DNA from: an uncultured Gemmatimonadales bacterium
GTDB lineage: Bacteria; Gemmatimonadota; Gemmatimonadetes; Gemmatimonadales; GWC2-71-9
Length of the DNA: 64,000 nt
Assembly: GCA_963825055.1 (NCBI GenBank)
Contig: CAWGSK010000012.1
Coordinates: 224,001-288,000, forward strand
Reading direction: 5' to 3'
The notes under the pieces were generated by a model, which was not told the DNA's origin, ran no database searches, and saw only the letters and a program-made list of their open reading frames with translations. Every line of letters begins with the position of its first letter. Position 1 is the first letter of the stretch. Below are positions 29,439 through 38,866 of the stretch, piece after piece. A program made the position numbers and the translations under genes.

Positions 29439-30116
29439 TCACGTCCGCCCCGCGGCGGTTTCCAGCGCCGGACGGTTGCGGATCGTGATGTCCTTCCGGG
29501 TAACATCGATGAAACCCGATTCGACGAACTCGCGCATCGTGCGGGAGACCGTCTCCCGGCTGGAGCCGATCATCTGGGCGATGGTGTGGTGGGTCATCTT
29601 CCGCCGGATCAGGTCTCCACCTTCCTCGTCGGCGGCCCGGAGCAGCAGGTCGGCGACGCGCCCGTTGACGTCCAGCAGGACGAGGCTGCCGATCTTCTCG
29701 TCCGCGCGGCGGAGGCGTCGGGACAGTTCCTTGAGCAGCCCGATGGCTACCTCCGGATTGGCCCGGAGCCGCGCCTGGAAGTCCTCGCGCCGCAGCGTGA
29801 GCACCCTGGCATCGTCCATCGAGATGACGTGCGCGGAGCGTGGTGCGTCATCGATCAGCGCCATCTCGCCGAAAAAGCTGCCCTTGCCGAGGATGGACAG
29901 GATGACCTCCCGGCCGTCCTCACCGATCAGGACGACCTTGACCTGCCCCTCGGCCACCAGGTACAGGCTGTCGCCCCGGTCATTCTCGAAGAATATGACG
30001 CTGCCTTTGGGGTAGGTCCGTTCCCGGGTGAGATCGGCAAACGCCTGCATTTCGGTTTCAGGGAGCCCCTGAAAGAGTGGAACTTTGCGGAGAACGTCAA
30101 CCGGGGACAGGCTCAT
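29439..30116 (-). CDS. Crp/Fnr family transcriptional regulator
   Basis: cNMP-binding FGEMAL..PRSA; HTH IAQMIGSSRETVSR. Confidence 0.93.
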   Translation of the reverse strand: MSLSPVDVLRKVPLFQGLPETEMQAFADLTRERTYPKGSVIFFENDRGDSLYLVAEGQVKVVLIGEDGREVILSILGKGSFFGEMALIDDAPRSAHVISMDDARVLTLRREDFQARLRANPEVAIGLLKELSRRLRRADEKIGSLVLLDVNGRVADLLLRAADEEGGDLIRRKMTHHTIAQMIGSSRETVSRTMREFVESGFIDVTRKDITIRNRPALETAAGRT

Positions 30117-30336
30117 GGGCTACCTCGCTCGGAGTCGGAAGTGTCTGTCCAGACTTTACTTGCGTACTGGAACGGTGTCAATCGGCCCCAAGGCGCCGCG
30201 GCCCGCGTTCGGCGCGGACCAGAGGAATGTAACCGAGGCTTGCCCCCGGAGGGCTGCCATGGCTAGATTTCCCAGCTTTCCGGGAACGTCAAGTCCAGAC
30301 CGAGCAATCGGTTAGCGCCAGAAGGAGTGGGACCAG

Positions 30337-30555
30337 GTGAAGCCGAACATCCATCCGAAGTACATGCCGATCACGGTGCAGTGTGCCTGCGGCAACAGCT
30401 TCGAGACGCGCAGCACGAATCCGTCGATCCACGTCGAAGTCTGTGCCAAGTGCCATCCGTACTTTACCGGCAAGCAGCGTCTGGTCGATACGGCCGGTCG
30501 CGTTGACCGCTTCCGCCGCAAGTACCAGAAGGCTGCCGACACCGCGCAGGCCTGA
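30337..30555 (+). CDS. rpmE: 50S ribosomal protein L31 (zinc-binding type)
   Basis: IHPKY, CAC...[16 protein letters not shown]. Confidence 0.96.
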   Translation: MKPNIHPKYMPITVQCACGNSFETRSTNPSIHVEVCAKCHPYFTGKQRLVDTAGRVDRFRRKYQKAADTAQA

Positions 30556-30558
30556 CGC

Positions 30559-31632
30559 ATGGAACGCCGACTCCGCCAGGCGCGCGCCAGGGCGGAGGAG
30601 GTGGGCCGCGCGCTCTCCGACCCCGCCACGGCGCGGGACCCCGCCAAGCTGAAATCGCTGGGGCGCGAGCATGCCAGACTCGCGCCCATTGTCCAGTCCG
30701 CCGATCGGGTCGCACGTCTCGAGCGCGAACTGGCCGAGGCGCGTGAGCTGCAGGACGATGACGACACCGAGCTCGCGGAGATGGCGACAGCCGACGCGGA
30801 ACGCCTCGAGCAGGAACTCGAGGAGGCTCGTGAGGATCTGCACGAGCGCCTGCTCCCGCGCGATCCGCACGACGATCGCGACGCGATCCTCGAGATCCGG
30901 GCCGGGACCGGCGGCGACGAGGCATCCCTGTTCGCGGCCGACCTGTTCAACATGTACCGCCGCTACGCGGAGCAGCACGACCTCTCGGTGGAGCCGCTCA
31001 CGCTCAGCCAGGGAAATGCCGGCGGCTATCGCGAGGTCATCGTCGCGATTCGCGGGCCGGAGGCGTACGGCCTGCTGCGCCGCGAAAGCGGCGTACACCG
31101 CGTACAGCGGGTTCCCGAAACCGAGACGCAGGGGCGCATCCACACCTCGGCGGCCACCGTGGCCGTGCTCCCGGAGGCCGAGGAGGTGGACGTACAGATC
31201 GAGCCCAACGATCTCAAGATCGACGTGTTCCGCTCGAGTGGTCCGGGGGGCCAGAGCGTGAACACGACGGACAGTGCCGTGCGGATCACGCACCTGCCCA
31301 CCGGGCTCGTCGTGAGCCAGCAGGACCAGAAGTCACAGTTGCAGAACAAGCTCAAGGCGATGGAAGTGCTGCGCGCCCGGCTGCTGGACCGGATGATCGC
31401 CGAGCAGGAGGCGGCGCGCAGCCGTGAGCGCCGGTCCATGGTCGGTACCGGTGACCGCTCGGCCAAGATCCGGACATATAATTTCCCCCAGAGCCGCGTG
31501 ACGGACCACCGGATCAATCTCTCGGTGCACAACCTGGCGGAGGTGCTGGGGGGTGGCCTTGACGAGCTGGTAGATGCGCTGCGGATGGCCAGTCGCCAGG
31601 AAATGCTGGAGGAGGCGGGCACGGATGCCTGA
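30559..31632 (+). CDS. prfA: Peptide chain release factor 1
   Basis: [20 protein letters not shown] (PxT), GGQ, RTYNFPQ. Confidence 0.97.
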   Translation: MERRLRQARARAEEVGRALSDPATARDPAKLKSLGREHARLAPIVQSADRVARLERELAEARELQDDDDTELAEMATADAERLEQELEEAREDLHERLLPRDPHDDRDAILEIRAGTGGDEASLFAADLFNMYRRYAEQHDLSVEPLTLSQGNAGGYREVIVAIRGPEAYGLLRRESGVHRVQRVPETETQGRIHTSAATVAVLPEAEEVDVQIEPNDLKIDVFRSSGPGGQSVNTTDSAVRITHLPTGLVVSQQDQKSQLQNKLKAMEVLRARLLDRMIAEQEAARSRERRSMVGTGDRSAKIRTYNFPQSRVTDHRINLSVHNLAEVLGGGLDELVDALRMASRQEMLEEAGTDA

Positions 31633-32470
31633 GACCGGTCCGGCGGTCCAGGACCTCCTGCGCGATGCCGCCGGGCGGCTGACCGCGGCCGGCGGCGACG
31701 GGATACGCGAGTCACGGTGGCTCTGGGAAGCCGTGTCGCGCTTCGGCCGGGCAGCCTTGTTCCTTTCGCAGGTTCCGGAGGACGCCGAGCTGGAGGCCTT
31801 TGCGCGGGCCGTGGAACGGCGGGTACGCGGCGAGCCGCTGGCCCACGTGACGGGCACGATGCAGTTCCGGCACCTGACACTCGCCTCGGACCGCCGGGCG
31901 CTGATCCCGCGTCCCGAAACCGAGGGCCTGGTCGAGCTGGCCCTGGCCCGGGTCTCCACCGGGTGCGCGGCGGACATCGGGACGGGCTCGGGCTGCATCG
32001 CGCTGGCGCTGGCCGCCGAGGGGTCCTTCGACGCGGTGGTCGGCATTGACACGTCGCCGGGAGCGCTGGCACTCGCCCGCCAGAATCGGGAGTGGACCAG
32101 CCTGCCCGTGCGGCTGGTCCAGGCGGACCTCTGCTCACCCCTGGCCTCCCGCGCGTACGACCTGGTCGTGGCCAATCCTCCGTACCTGACGGAGGGGGAA
32201 TACGCCCGGCTGGATTCATCCGTCCGTGACTGGGAGCCGCGCGAAGCACTGGCCAGCGGTCCGGACGGGCTCGAGACAACCCGCCGCCTGGTGGACGAAG
32301 CGCGCCGGCCCCTCCAGGCGGGAGGCTGGCTCGTGCTCGAGCTGGACAGCGCCCGTGCGGAAGCGAGCGCGGCGCTGGCGCGCCGGGCGGGGTGGGAATT
32401 CGTGGAAGTGCATGACGATCTCTTTGGCCGTGCGCGGTATCTCACCGCGCGCAGGAGTGAAATAACATGA
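31625..32470 (+). CDS. prmC: Release factor glutamine methyltransferase
   Basis: [19 protein letters not shown]; follows prfA. Confidence 0.93.
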   Translation: MPETGPAVQDLLRDAAGRLTAAGGDGIRESRWLWEAVSRFGRAALFLSQVPEDAELEAFARAVERRVRGEPLAHVTGTMQFRHLTLASDRRALIPRPETEGLVELALARVSTGCAADIGTGSGCIALALAAEGSFDAVVGIDTSPGALALARQNREWTSLPVRLVQADLCSPLASRAYDLVVANPPYLTEGEYARLDSSVRDWEPREALASGPDGLETTRRLVDEARRPLQAGGWLVLELDSARAEASAALARRAGWEFVEVHDDLFGRARYLTARRSEIT

Positions 32471-32820
32471 TGTGGGACAAGGCACAGGAACTTGGGCGCC
32501 TCATCGGACAGACCCCGGAGTGCAAGGCGCTGCGCCGCGCGGAGGCGAGCCTTCGCGAGGACAAGACGAGCCAGGATCTGCTGGAGACCATCCAGAAGCA
32601 CGCTCGCACGCTGGAGCAGGCCATGGCGACGGGGCAGGAGCCGGACGAGGCGACGGCCCAGGCCTATGAGAAGGCCGTCCGCGACCTGGAACTGAGTACC
32701 ACCGGTCAGGCCTACGTGGCCGCGCGCGCCAACTTCGAGAAGATCATGGTGAAGGTGAACCAGCAGATCAGCGAGGGCATCGAGAAGGGTGCCACGAGCA
32801 ACATCATCACGCTGGGATGA
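32467..32820 (+). CDS. YlbF/YmcA (Com_YlbF) family protein
   Basis: DKAQELGRLIGQTPE...KVNQQI helical pattern typical of the family. Confidence 0.7.
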   Translation: MMWDKAQELGRLIGQTPECKALRRAEASLREDKTSQDLLETIQKHARTLEQAMATGQEPDEATAQAYEKAVRDLELSTTGQAYVAARANFEKIMVKVNQQISEGIEKGATSNIITLG

Positions 32821-33452
32821 GCGGGACGTTCCTGGTCGTCGAGGGCCCTGACGGGGCGGGCAAGTCCACGCTCGTGTCCGCGCTTGCCGCGCGCCTGCGC
32901 GAGGCTGGCATCGAGCCTGTCCTGGTCCGGGAGCCGGGCGGCACCCCGGCGGCCGAGCGCATCCGCGAGGCGATCCTCGAAGCCGGGGGGCAATTCGAGG
33001 CCGAGACCGAGCTTCTGTTCATCGCCGCGGCGCGGGCCCATGTGGTGGAGTCCGTCATCCGGCCCGCCCTCGCGCTGGACCGGGTTGTTCTGAGCGACCG
33101 CTACGCGCTGTCCACGGACGCCTACCAGGGCGCCGGGCGCGGCATCCCGGCCGACGTGGTTCACACGGTGAACGCCTGCGCGACCCGTGGTCTCCAGCCG
33201 GACCTGACTATCATCCTCGATGTCTCGCCCGACGTGGGGAAGGCGCGCCAGCTGGCGGGCGGAAAGTCGCTCGACCGGCTGGACCAGGAGGACCTCTCCT
33301 TCCGCCGGCGGGTGGCCGACGCCTATCTGGCGGCACGGGGGGAAGGGGTGCGACATTTGGATGGCACCCTGCCGGTGGATGTGCTCGTAGACCTGGCGTG
33401 GGAAGCCATCGTCGGGACGGGCGTCACAACGCCCCGAACGGCTCAGGGTTAA
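32817..33452 (+). CDS. tmk: Thymidylate kinase
   Basis: EGPDGAGKST, REPGGT, DRY, AYQG, PDLT. Confidence 0.95.
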   Translation: MSGTFLVVEGPDGAGKSTLVSALAARLREAGIEPVLVREPGGTPAAERIREAILEAGGQFEAETELLFIAAARAHVVESVIRPALALDRVVLSDRYALSTDAYQGAGRGIPADVVHTVNACATRGLQPDLTIILDVSPDVGKARQLAGGKSLDRLDQEDLSFRRRVADAYLAARGEGVRHLDGTLPVDVLVDLAWEAIVGTGVTTPRTAQG

Positions 33453-33519
33453 GATTGATCAGGTACGGCGGGAGGGCCGGACGGGGGTCGTCCGGAGCCG
33501 CCCGCCTCTGGAGGTGTAC

Positions 33520-35154
33520 ATGCGGCAACGGTGGGGAGTGATCGCGGTCGTTGCGGTGCTGGCGTTCCTGAGCGGCGGCTGGCTCATGCAGCGCGGGGCC
33601 GCGACCGGCGGCAACGTCTACCAGCAGGCCCGGCTGTTCGACGACGTGCTTGCGCACGTGAACCAGTATTACGTCGACTCCATCGGCGAATCCACGCTCT
33701 ACCGGAAGGCCACCGACGGCCTCCTGAGCGAACTGCACGATCCCTACTCGGAACTCCTCGTCGATACCACCTACCGCCAGCTGACAGAAACGCTGGGCGG
33801 CAACTACGGCGGCCTCGGCATTCAGATTGACGTACGCGACAAGTTCATTACCGTTGTCGCGCCGCTTCCCGATACGCCCGCCGAACGGGCCGGCATCGAG
33901 ACCGGAGACCGGATCGTCGAGGTGGACGGCAAGTCCACCGAGGGCTGGAGCAGCGACGAGGCCGTGAATGTCCTTCGGGGGCCGCCAGGCTCCACCGTTC
34001 GCCTGTCGGTCGAGCGGGCCGGGGTGGCCTCACCCCTCACGTTTACCCTGGAACGGGCCCGGATTCACGTGCGCTCCGTCCCGGCCGGCACCATCTTCCC
34101 CGGTGGCATCGGCTACATCTCGCTCAACCCGGTGGCCGAGAGTTCGCCGGACGAGCTGCGGGACGAAGTGGTGGCGATGCAGAAGAAGGGCATGACGTCC
34201 ATGGTCCTGGACCTCCGGGGCAATCCGGGCGGCCTGCTGGAGCAGGGGGTGGACGTTGCCGACCTCTTCCTTGATCCGAAGCAGGAAATCGTGTCCACCC
34301 GCGGCCGTGCGCGTGGATCGACGCGGGAATTCGATGACAGCCGGCCCCAGCAGTGGCCGGACCTCCCCATCGTGGTGCTGGTCAACGAGGGTACGGCCAG
34401 CGCGGCGGAGATCATCGCCGGCGCGCTGCAGGATCATGATCGTGCCGTCGTTGTGGGCACGCCGACGTTCGGCAAGGGCCTGGTGCAGACGCTCTTCACG
34501 CTGGGCGAGGACGTGGCGCTCAAGCTCACGACCGCCCGCTGGTACACGCCGAGCGGCCGCACCATCCAGCGCCAGGCGGCGGACATCGAAGACCAGCTCG
34601 CCCTGGCGGAGAACGAGGCCCAGGGAATCGAGGACACCCTGCATGCCCCCGTCGACACCGCGAAACTGCCGGCCTACCACACCGACGCCGGGCGCGTGGT
34701 GCGGGGCGGGGGCGGTATCGTGCCCGACATCATCGTCCGGCGCGACACGCTCACGGCCGACGAGCGCAAGTTCGTCGCGGCGATCGGGCCGAAGATCCCG
34801 GAGTACCGGGATGTGCTCACGGCGTTCGCCCTGGACATGAAGCGCCAGGGGCGGGTGACCGCCGAAGACTTCCAGGTGACGCCGGAGATGCTCCAGGACG
34901 TCCGTCGCCGGCTCACCGCCCGTGGCGTGAACATCAGCGAGGCCGACTTCCAGGGCGCCAACCGCATCCTGCGGGAGCAGTTGTCCTATGAGGTCGCGCG
35001 CTACGTGTTCAGTCGCGAGGCGGAATTCCGCCGTCGCGCGCGCGACGACCAGCAGCTCCAGACCGGGATCGACCTGCTGCGGCGGGCCTCGTCGCCGAAG
35101 GACCTGATGCAGCTGTCCATGGCGGAGCGATCCGGGGCGCCGTCCAGCCATTGA
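33520..35154 (+). CDS. S41 C-terminal processing peptidase (CtpA-like)
   Basis: PDZ GLGI; DLRGNPGG, TASAAEI, FGKG, GGGIVPD; GGAGG RBS. Confidence 0.93.
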   Translation: MRQRWGVIAVVAVLAFLSGGWLMQRGAATGGNVYQQARLFDDVLAHVNQYYVDSIGESTLYRKATDGLLSELHDPYSELLVDTTYRQLTETLGGNYGGLGIQIDVRDKFITVVAPLPDTPAERAGIETGDRIVEVDGKSTEGWSSDEAVNVLRGPPGSTVRLSVERAGVASPLTFTLERARIHVRSVPAGTIFPGGIGYISLNPVAESSPDELRDEVVAMQKKGMTSMVLDLRGNPGGLLEQGVDVADLFLDPKQEIVSTRGRARGSTREFDDSRPQQWPDLPIVVLVNEGTASAAEIIAGALQDHDRAVVVGTPTFGKGLVQTLFTLGEDVALKLTTARWYTPSGRTIQRQAADIEDQLALAENEAQGIEDTLHAPVDTAKLPAYHTDAGRVVRGGGGIVPDIIVRRDTLTADERKFVAAIGPKIPEYRDVLTAFALDMKRQGRVTAEDFQVTPEMLQDVRRRLTARGVNISEADFQGANRILREQLSYEVARYVFSREAEFRRRARDDQQLQTGIDLLRRASSPKDLMQLSMAERSGAPSSH

Positions 35155-35166
35155 GCCACCGCACCG

Positions 35167-35988
35167 GTGGCTGAGCTGCTCGGGGCCTTCGGCGTCGGGC
35201 TGCTCGTCGGCGCGATCTCGGCCCTGACGGGCATCGGAGGCGGGGTCATCATGGTTCCGTTCCTCTACCTGGTCTACAGTGGCTCACCGTATTCCCTCAC
35301 CGCCCAGACTGTCGTGGCCCACGCCACCAGTCTGGGCGTCGCCAGTGTGACGGCCTCGGTCGGCACGTGGCGTTACCACCGGCGCCAGGCCATCGACTGG
35401 GCGGCGGGGCTCACCTACGCGATTCCCGCTGTCGTCACCGCCTTCCTGACCGCACGTGTCCTGTCCACGCTGGACGAGGCGACCTGGGTGCGCGGGGCGT
35501 TCGGGGTCATGCTGATCGTCGCCGCGGCCGACATGGCGCGCCGCGCCTGGCGTCACGACCCTGAGCAGCTGGAGATCCCGCGGTCGGGGCGTCCACCCGC
35601 CCTGCTGGGCCTGATCGGCGCCATTGGCGGCGTCCTGACCAGCGCGCTGGGGATCGGTGGTGGTCTTCTCGCGCTGCCCTCGCTGCTCTACGTCGGCAGG
35701 CTGCCCGTGCGGCAGGTCGCCCCCACCTCGTTGATGACCGTGTTCCTGGCCACCCTGGCTGGTGTTTCGGGCTACGCCCTCTCCTCCGGGGCACCGGCAG
35801 TGTCGGGCGCCATGGCCGGCTTTCTCGACCTGCGGCTGGCCCTCCCCCTCGCGCTGGGGGCCGTCTGCACCGTGCCGCTGGGCGTCTGGCTCAACCGGGC
35901 GTCCCGGCCGGTCACCCTGTATGTCGTGTTCGCCGTGCTGCTCTCCGTGCTGGGGGCACGCCTCGCCTGGCAGGGGTTCGGGCTGTGA
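35167..35988 (+). CDS. TauE/SafE family sulfite exporter
   Basis: Duplicated GIGGG...P and TSL motifs; hydrophobic. Confidence 0.87.
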   Translation: MAELLGAFGVGLLVGAISALTGIGGGVIMVPFLYLVYSGSPYSLTAQTVVAHATSLGVASVTASVGTWRYHRRQAIDWAAGLTYAIPAVVTAFLTARVLSTLDEATWVRGAFGVMLIVAAADMARRAWRHDPEQLEIPRSGRPPALLGLIGAIGGVLTSALGIGGGLLALPSLLYVGRLPVRQVAPTSLMTVFLATLAGVSGYALSSGAPAVSGAMAGFLDLRLALPLALGAVCTVPLGVWLNRASRPVTLYVVFAVLLSVLGARLAWQGFGL

Positions 35989-36836
35989 GCGACATGATCG
36001 CTATCGTCGGCCCGGGACGCATGGGGCAGGGGCTCGGGCTGGCGCTCGTCGTTTCGGGCGCCGAAGTCCGCATTCTTGGACGCCGGCGGCGGGAGATGGC
36101 TGGCGGGCTCCGGCTGGTGACCCGTGACTGGCGCCCGGTTCTGACGGAAACCGATCTGGTGCTCGTGGCGACCCGGGACGACGCGATTGCCAACGCCGCC
36201 AAGGACCTGGCCGACCTCGCCGTGCTCGGCGGGCGGCACACGGTCCTGCATCTCTCCGGCAGGCTTGGCCGGAGCGCCCTGGCGCCGCTGGAGCGCACCG
36301 GGGCGTCCCTCGGCAGCCTGCATCCCCTCCAGACTATCGCCGATCCGCTCACGGCCCCGGCACGCCTCCGGGGCGTCTTTGCCGCAGTGGAGGGTGACGA
36401 CCGGGCCCGGGAGGCCGCGACGGCCCTGTGCGGTCGCCTGGGGATGCGTCCGGTGGAGGTGGATGAGGCAGGGAAGCCCGCGTACCACGCCGGCGCGGCC
36501 GTGCTGGCCAACTACACGGTCACCCTGGCCGACCTGGCCTCGCGGCTGGCGGAGCAGGCCGGGGTGGCTCCCGAAGTGGCCCACATGATGTACCTGCCGC
36601 TGTTGTCGGGAGTGCTGCAGAACCTGGAGTCCATGCCACCGGCCGATGCACTCACCGGACCGATCCGCCGGGGCGACGTTGACACGGTCAAGGCGCACCT
36701 CGCCGGTCTGGACGAAGCCGAGCGGGAACTCTACCTGGTGCTGGGGCGTGCCACGCTGAGGCTCGCGGTGCGTGGCGGACTGGATCGGGAGGCGGCGGTG
36801 GCGGTGGGGGAGGTGTTGGGGGTGGAGGAGGTCTAG
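35985..36836 (+). CDS. Rossmann-like + DUF2520 domain protein
   Basis: GPGRMG, HLSG, HPLQT, YHAGA, ALTGPIRRGD. Confidence 0.9.
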   Translation: MSDMIAIVGPGRMGQGLGLALVVSGAEVRILGRRRREMAGGLRLVTRDWRPVLTETDLVLVATRDDAIANAAKDLADLAVLGGRHTVLHLSGRLGRSALAPLERTGASLGSLHPLQTIADPLTAPARLRGVFAAVEGDDRAREAATALCGRLGMRPVEVDEAGKPAYHAGAAVLANYTVTLADLASRLAEQAGVAPEVAHMMYLPLLSGVLQNLESMPPADALTGPIRRGDVDTVKAHLAGLDEAERELYLVLGRATLRLAVRGGLDREAAVAVGEVLGVEEV

Positions 36837-36932
36837 GGGTCGAAAGGTCGAGAGGTCCAGGGTCGAGAGGTCAGGAGAGCCGGAGTACTCGACTCCTCGA
36901 CTGCTCGACTTCTCGACTTCTTGACCTCTCTA
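36829..36932. repeat. Bipartite inverted octamer repeat, AGGTCGAG family (empty site 1)
   Basis: Left AGGTCTAG GGGTCGAA AGGTCGAG AGGTCCAG GGTCGAG AGGTCAGG; 12-nt spacer; right CTCGACTC CTCGACTG CTCGACTT CTCGACTT CTTGACCT CTCTA. Confidence 0.92.
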
Positions 36933-37574
36933 CGGCTCTACCACCCTCACACCGCTCGGCACCTTGAATACGAAAGCCGACTTGCTGACCGTCCGGTTCG
37001 TCTGCACGCCGGCCAGTGTCACCGTGCGGCTGGCCCGCGCCCCCTCCTCCACTTCCACCCGCCGGGGGAGGTGGTCTCCCCGGTCAATCCAGATGGTGGC
37101 GGCCCGGAAGGGCAGCGACGAGTCCTTCGGAACAAGGCGCAATACGTCTGTCTGGCGTCCGCCCACCGGTTCCACGCGCAGCCAGGTCGAGTCATAGCGT
37201 TCGTTGGGGCGATCCAGGAACCAGGCAATCACATTGGGGCCGGCGCTCGGGCTTTCGGGGGCGGGGTAGCGGAGCACCTGGCCGGGCGTGGAGCTCGGCG
37301 TGTACACCCAGAGGTGCTCTCCGTCCAGCACGATTGCTTCGCCGTCGGGATCGGTGAAGTGCATGGCAAACCGGTTCTCGCCGGTCTGCATGAGCCGGCC
37401 CCGGCTCTCCATGGCGCCCGACATGTCCTCGATGCGCTGCGTGAAGTCCGCGCTGAATGAGCTGAGGGCCTTGTATGTACGGGCGGCCTCGGCCAGGATC
37501 GCCTGCGGGTCCTGAGCGCGAAGCGGCCCGGCAACCATCGCCAGGCCGGCTGCGGCAAGGATGTATGACCTCAT
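36930..37574 (-). CDS. lolA: Outer-membrane lipoprotein carrier protein LolA
   Basis: Signal peptide; SFSADFTQ, IVLDGEHLWVY, FVFKVPSGVRVV. ATG 37574. Confidence 0.85.
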   Translation of the reverse strand: MRSYILAAAGLAMVAGPLRAQDPQAILAEAARTYKALSSFSADFTQRIEDMSGAMESRGRLMQTGENRFAMHFTDPDGEAIVLDGEHLWVYTPSSTPGQVLRYPAPESPSAGPNVIAWFLDRPNERYDSTWLRVEPVGGRQTDVLRLVPKDSSLPFRAATIWIDRGDHLPRRVEVEEGARASRTVTLAGVQTNRTVSKSAFVFKVPSGVRVVEP

Positions 37575-37590
37575 TCGAACTCCGATTCTC

Positions 37591-37616
37591 CGACTCAACG
37601 ACTTACGACTCAACGA
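37591..37616 (+). repeat. Short CGACTCAA-family repeat
   Basis: CGACTCAA CGACTTA CGACTCAA CGA. Confidence 0.7.
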
Positions 37617-37644
37617 ACGGCTGGCATGGGCGGTGCCACCGCCC

Positions 37645-38685
37645 CTACGATTGGACTCCCACCGGCTCCGCCACCCGCCGCCCGATCGCCTCGGCGATGA
37701 CGCGCACCTCGCGCATCATGTGATCGAACTGCGCGGGGTAGAGGCTTTGCGCCCCGTCCGACATCGCGCGATCCGGCGTCGGGTGCACCTCAACCAGGAT
37801 GCCGTCGGCCCCGGCAGCGACCGCCGCGCGCGCCATCGGGATCACCATGTCACGCTGGCCCGTACCGTGGCTCGGGTCGGCGATGATCGGCAGGTGCGAG
37901 AGACCGTGCACCAGCGCGATCGCCGACAGGTCCAGCAGGTTTCGCGTCATCGTGTCGAAGCTGCGGATGCCGCGCTCGCACAGGATGACGTTCGGATTGC
38001 CTTCCGCCAGAATGTACTCGGCGGACAGCAGCCACTCCTGGATGGTGGCCGAGAGCCCGCGCTTCAGGAGCACCGGCTTGCCGGAACGGCCCGCCTGCTT
38101 GAGCAGGGAGTAGTTCTGCATGTTCCGGGCCCCGATCTGGATGATGTCGGCCCTGGCCGCCACCATGTCCAGCGAGTCTGCGTCGAGTGCCTCCGTGACG
38201 ATCAGGAGGCCCGTTTCCTCGCGCGCCCGGACGAGGAGATCCAGCCCGGGCATGCCCAGCCCCTGGAACGAGTAGGGCGAGGTCCGCGGCTTGTAGGCCC
38301 CGGCCCGGAGCACCGTAGCCCCGGCATCACGCACCTGCCGTGCCGCCGTCAGGATCTGCTCCTCACTCTCCACCGAGCAGGGCCCGGCCATGACCACGAT
38401 GTCCGTCCCGCCGACGGTCAGGCCGCCGGGCAGGGGGACGATGGTGGACTCCGGCTTCCACTCTCTCGAGACCTGCTTGTACGGCTTGGTGACGTGGATC
38501 ACCTCCTGCACGCCCGGAAGGGCCGACAGGCGGCTGGAATCCACCCGGCCGTCGTTCCCGACCACGCCCACGCTCGTCCGCTGTTTCCCGGGCATGGGCC
38601 GTGCCTGGTAGCCGAGTTCCTGGATGGTCTCGACGACTCGCTGGATGTCTTCCTGGGGCGCATCGCGCCGCATGACTACGAGCAA
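37645..38685 (-). CDS. aroF: DAHP synthase (type I-beta, with N-terminal regulatory domain)
   Basis: AGPCSVE, KPRTSPYSFQG, IGARNMQN, LKRG, CERGIR, DPSH; TTG start. Confidence 0.93.
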   Translation of the reverse strand: MLVVMRRDAPQEDIQRVVETIQELGYQARPMPGKQRTSVGVVGNDGRVDSSRLSALPGVQEVIHVTKPYKQVSREWKPESTIVPLPGGLTVGGTDIVVMAGPCSVESEEQILTAARQVRDAGATVLRAGAYKPRTSPYSFQGLGMPGLDLLVRAREETGLLIVTEALDADSLDMVAARADIIQIGARNMQNYSLLKQAGRSGKPVLLKRGLSATIQEWLLSAEYILAEGNPNVILCERGIRSFDTMTRNLLDLSAIALVHGLSHLPIIADPSHGTGQRDMVIPMARAAVAAGADGILVEVHPTPDRAMSDGAQSLYPAQFDHMMREVRVIAEAIGRRVAEPVGVQS

Positions 38686-38719
38686 GGGGTACCCTGTTGG
38701 TGACGGGGAAAATCTAATA

Positions 38720-38866
38720 GAGTCGAGGGGTCCAGAGGTCGAGCAGTCGAGTGGTTTCGGCCTCCAGACCTCTCGACCCCTCGACCTCTCGACCGTTCGA
38801 CCTCTCGACTTCTCGACTTCTCGGCTTCTCGGCTTCTCGACCTCTCGACCTCTCGACCTCCGACTT
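38720..38866. repeat. Bipartite inverted octamer repeat, AGGTCGAG family (empty site 2)
   Basis: Left GAGTCGAG GGGTCCAG AGGTCGAG CAGTCGAG; right about 12 units of CTCGACYT (38764-38859) running into the smc stop. Confidence 0.95.

Noticed and set aside
38720..38866. Tandem arrays read as CRISPR arrays
   Set aside because: Units are 7-8 nt with no unique spacers, and there are no cas genes in the window.
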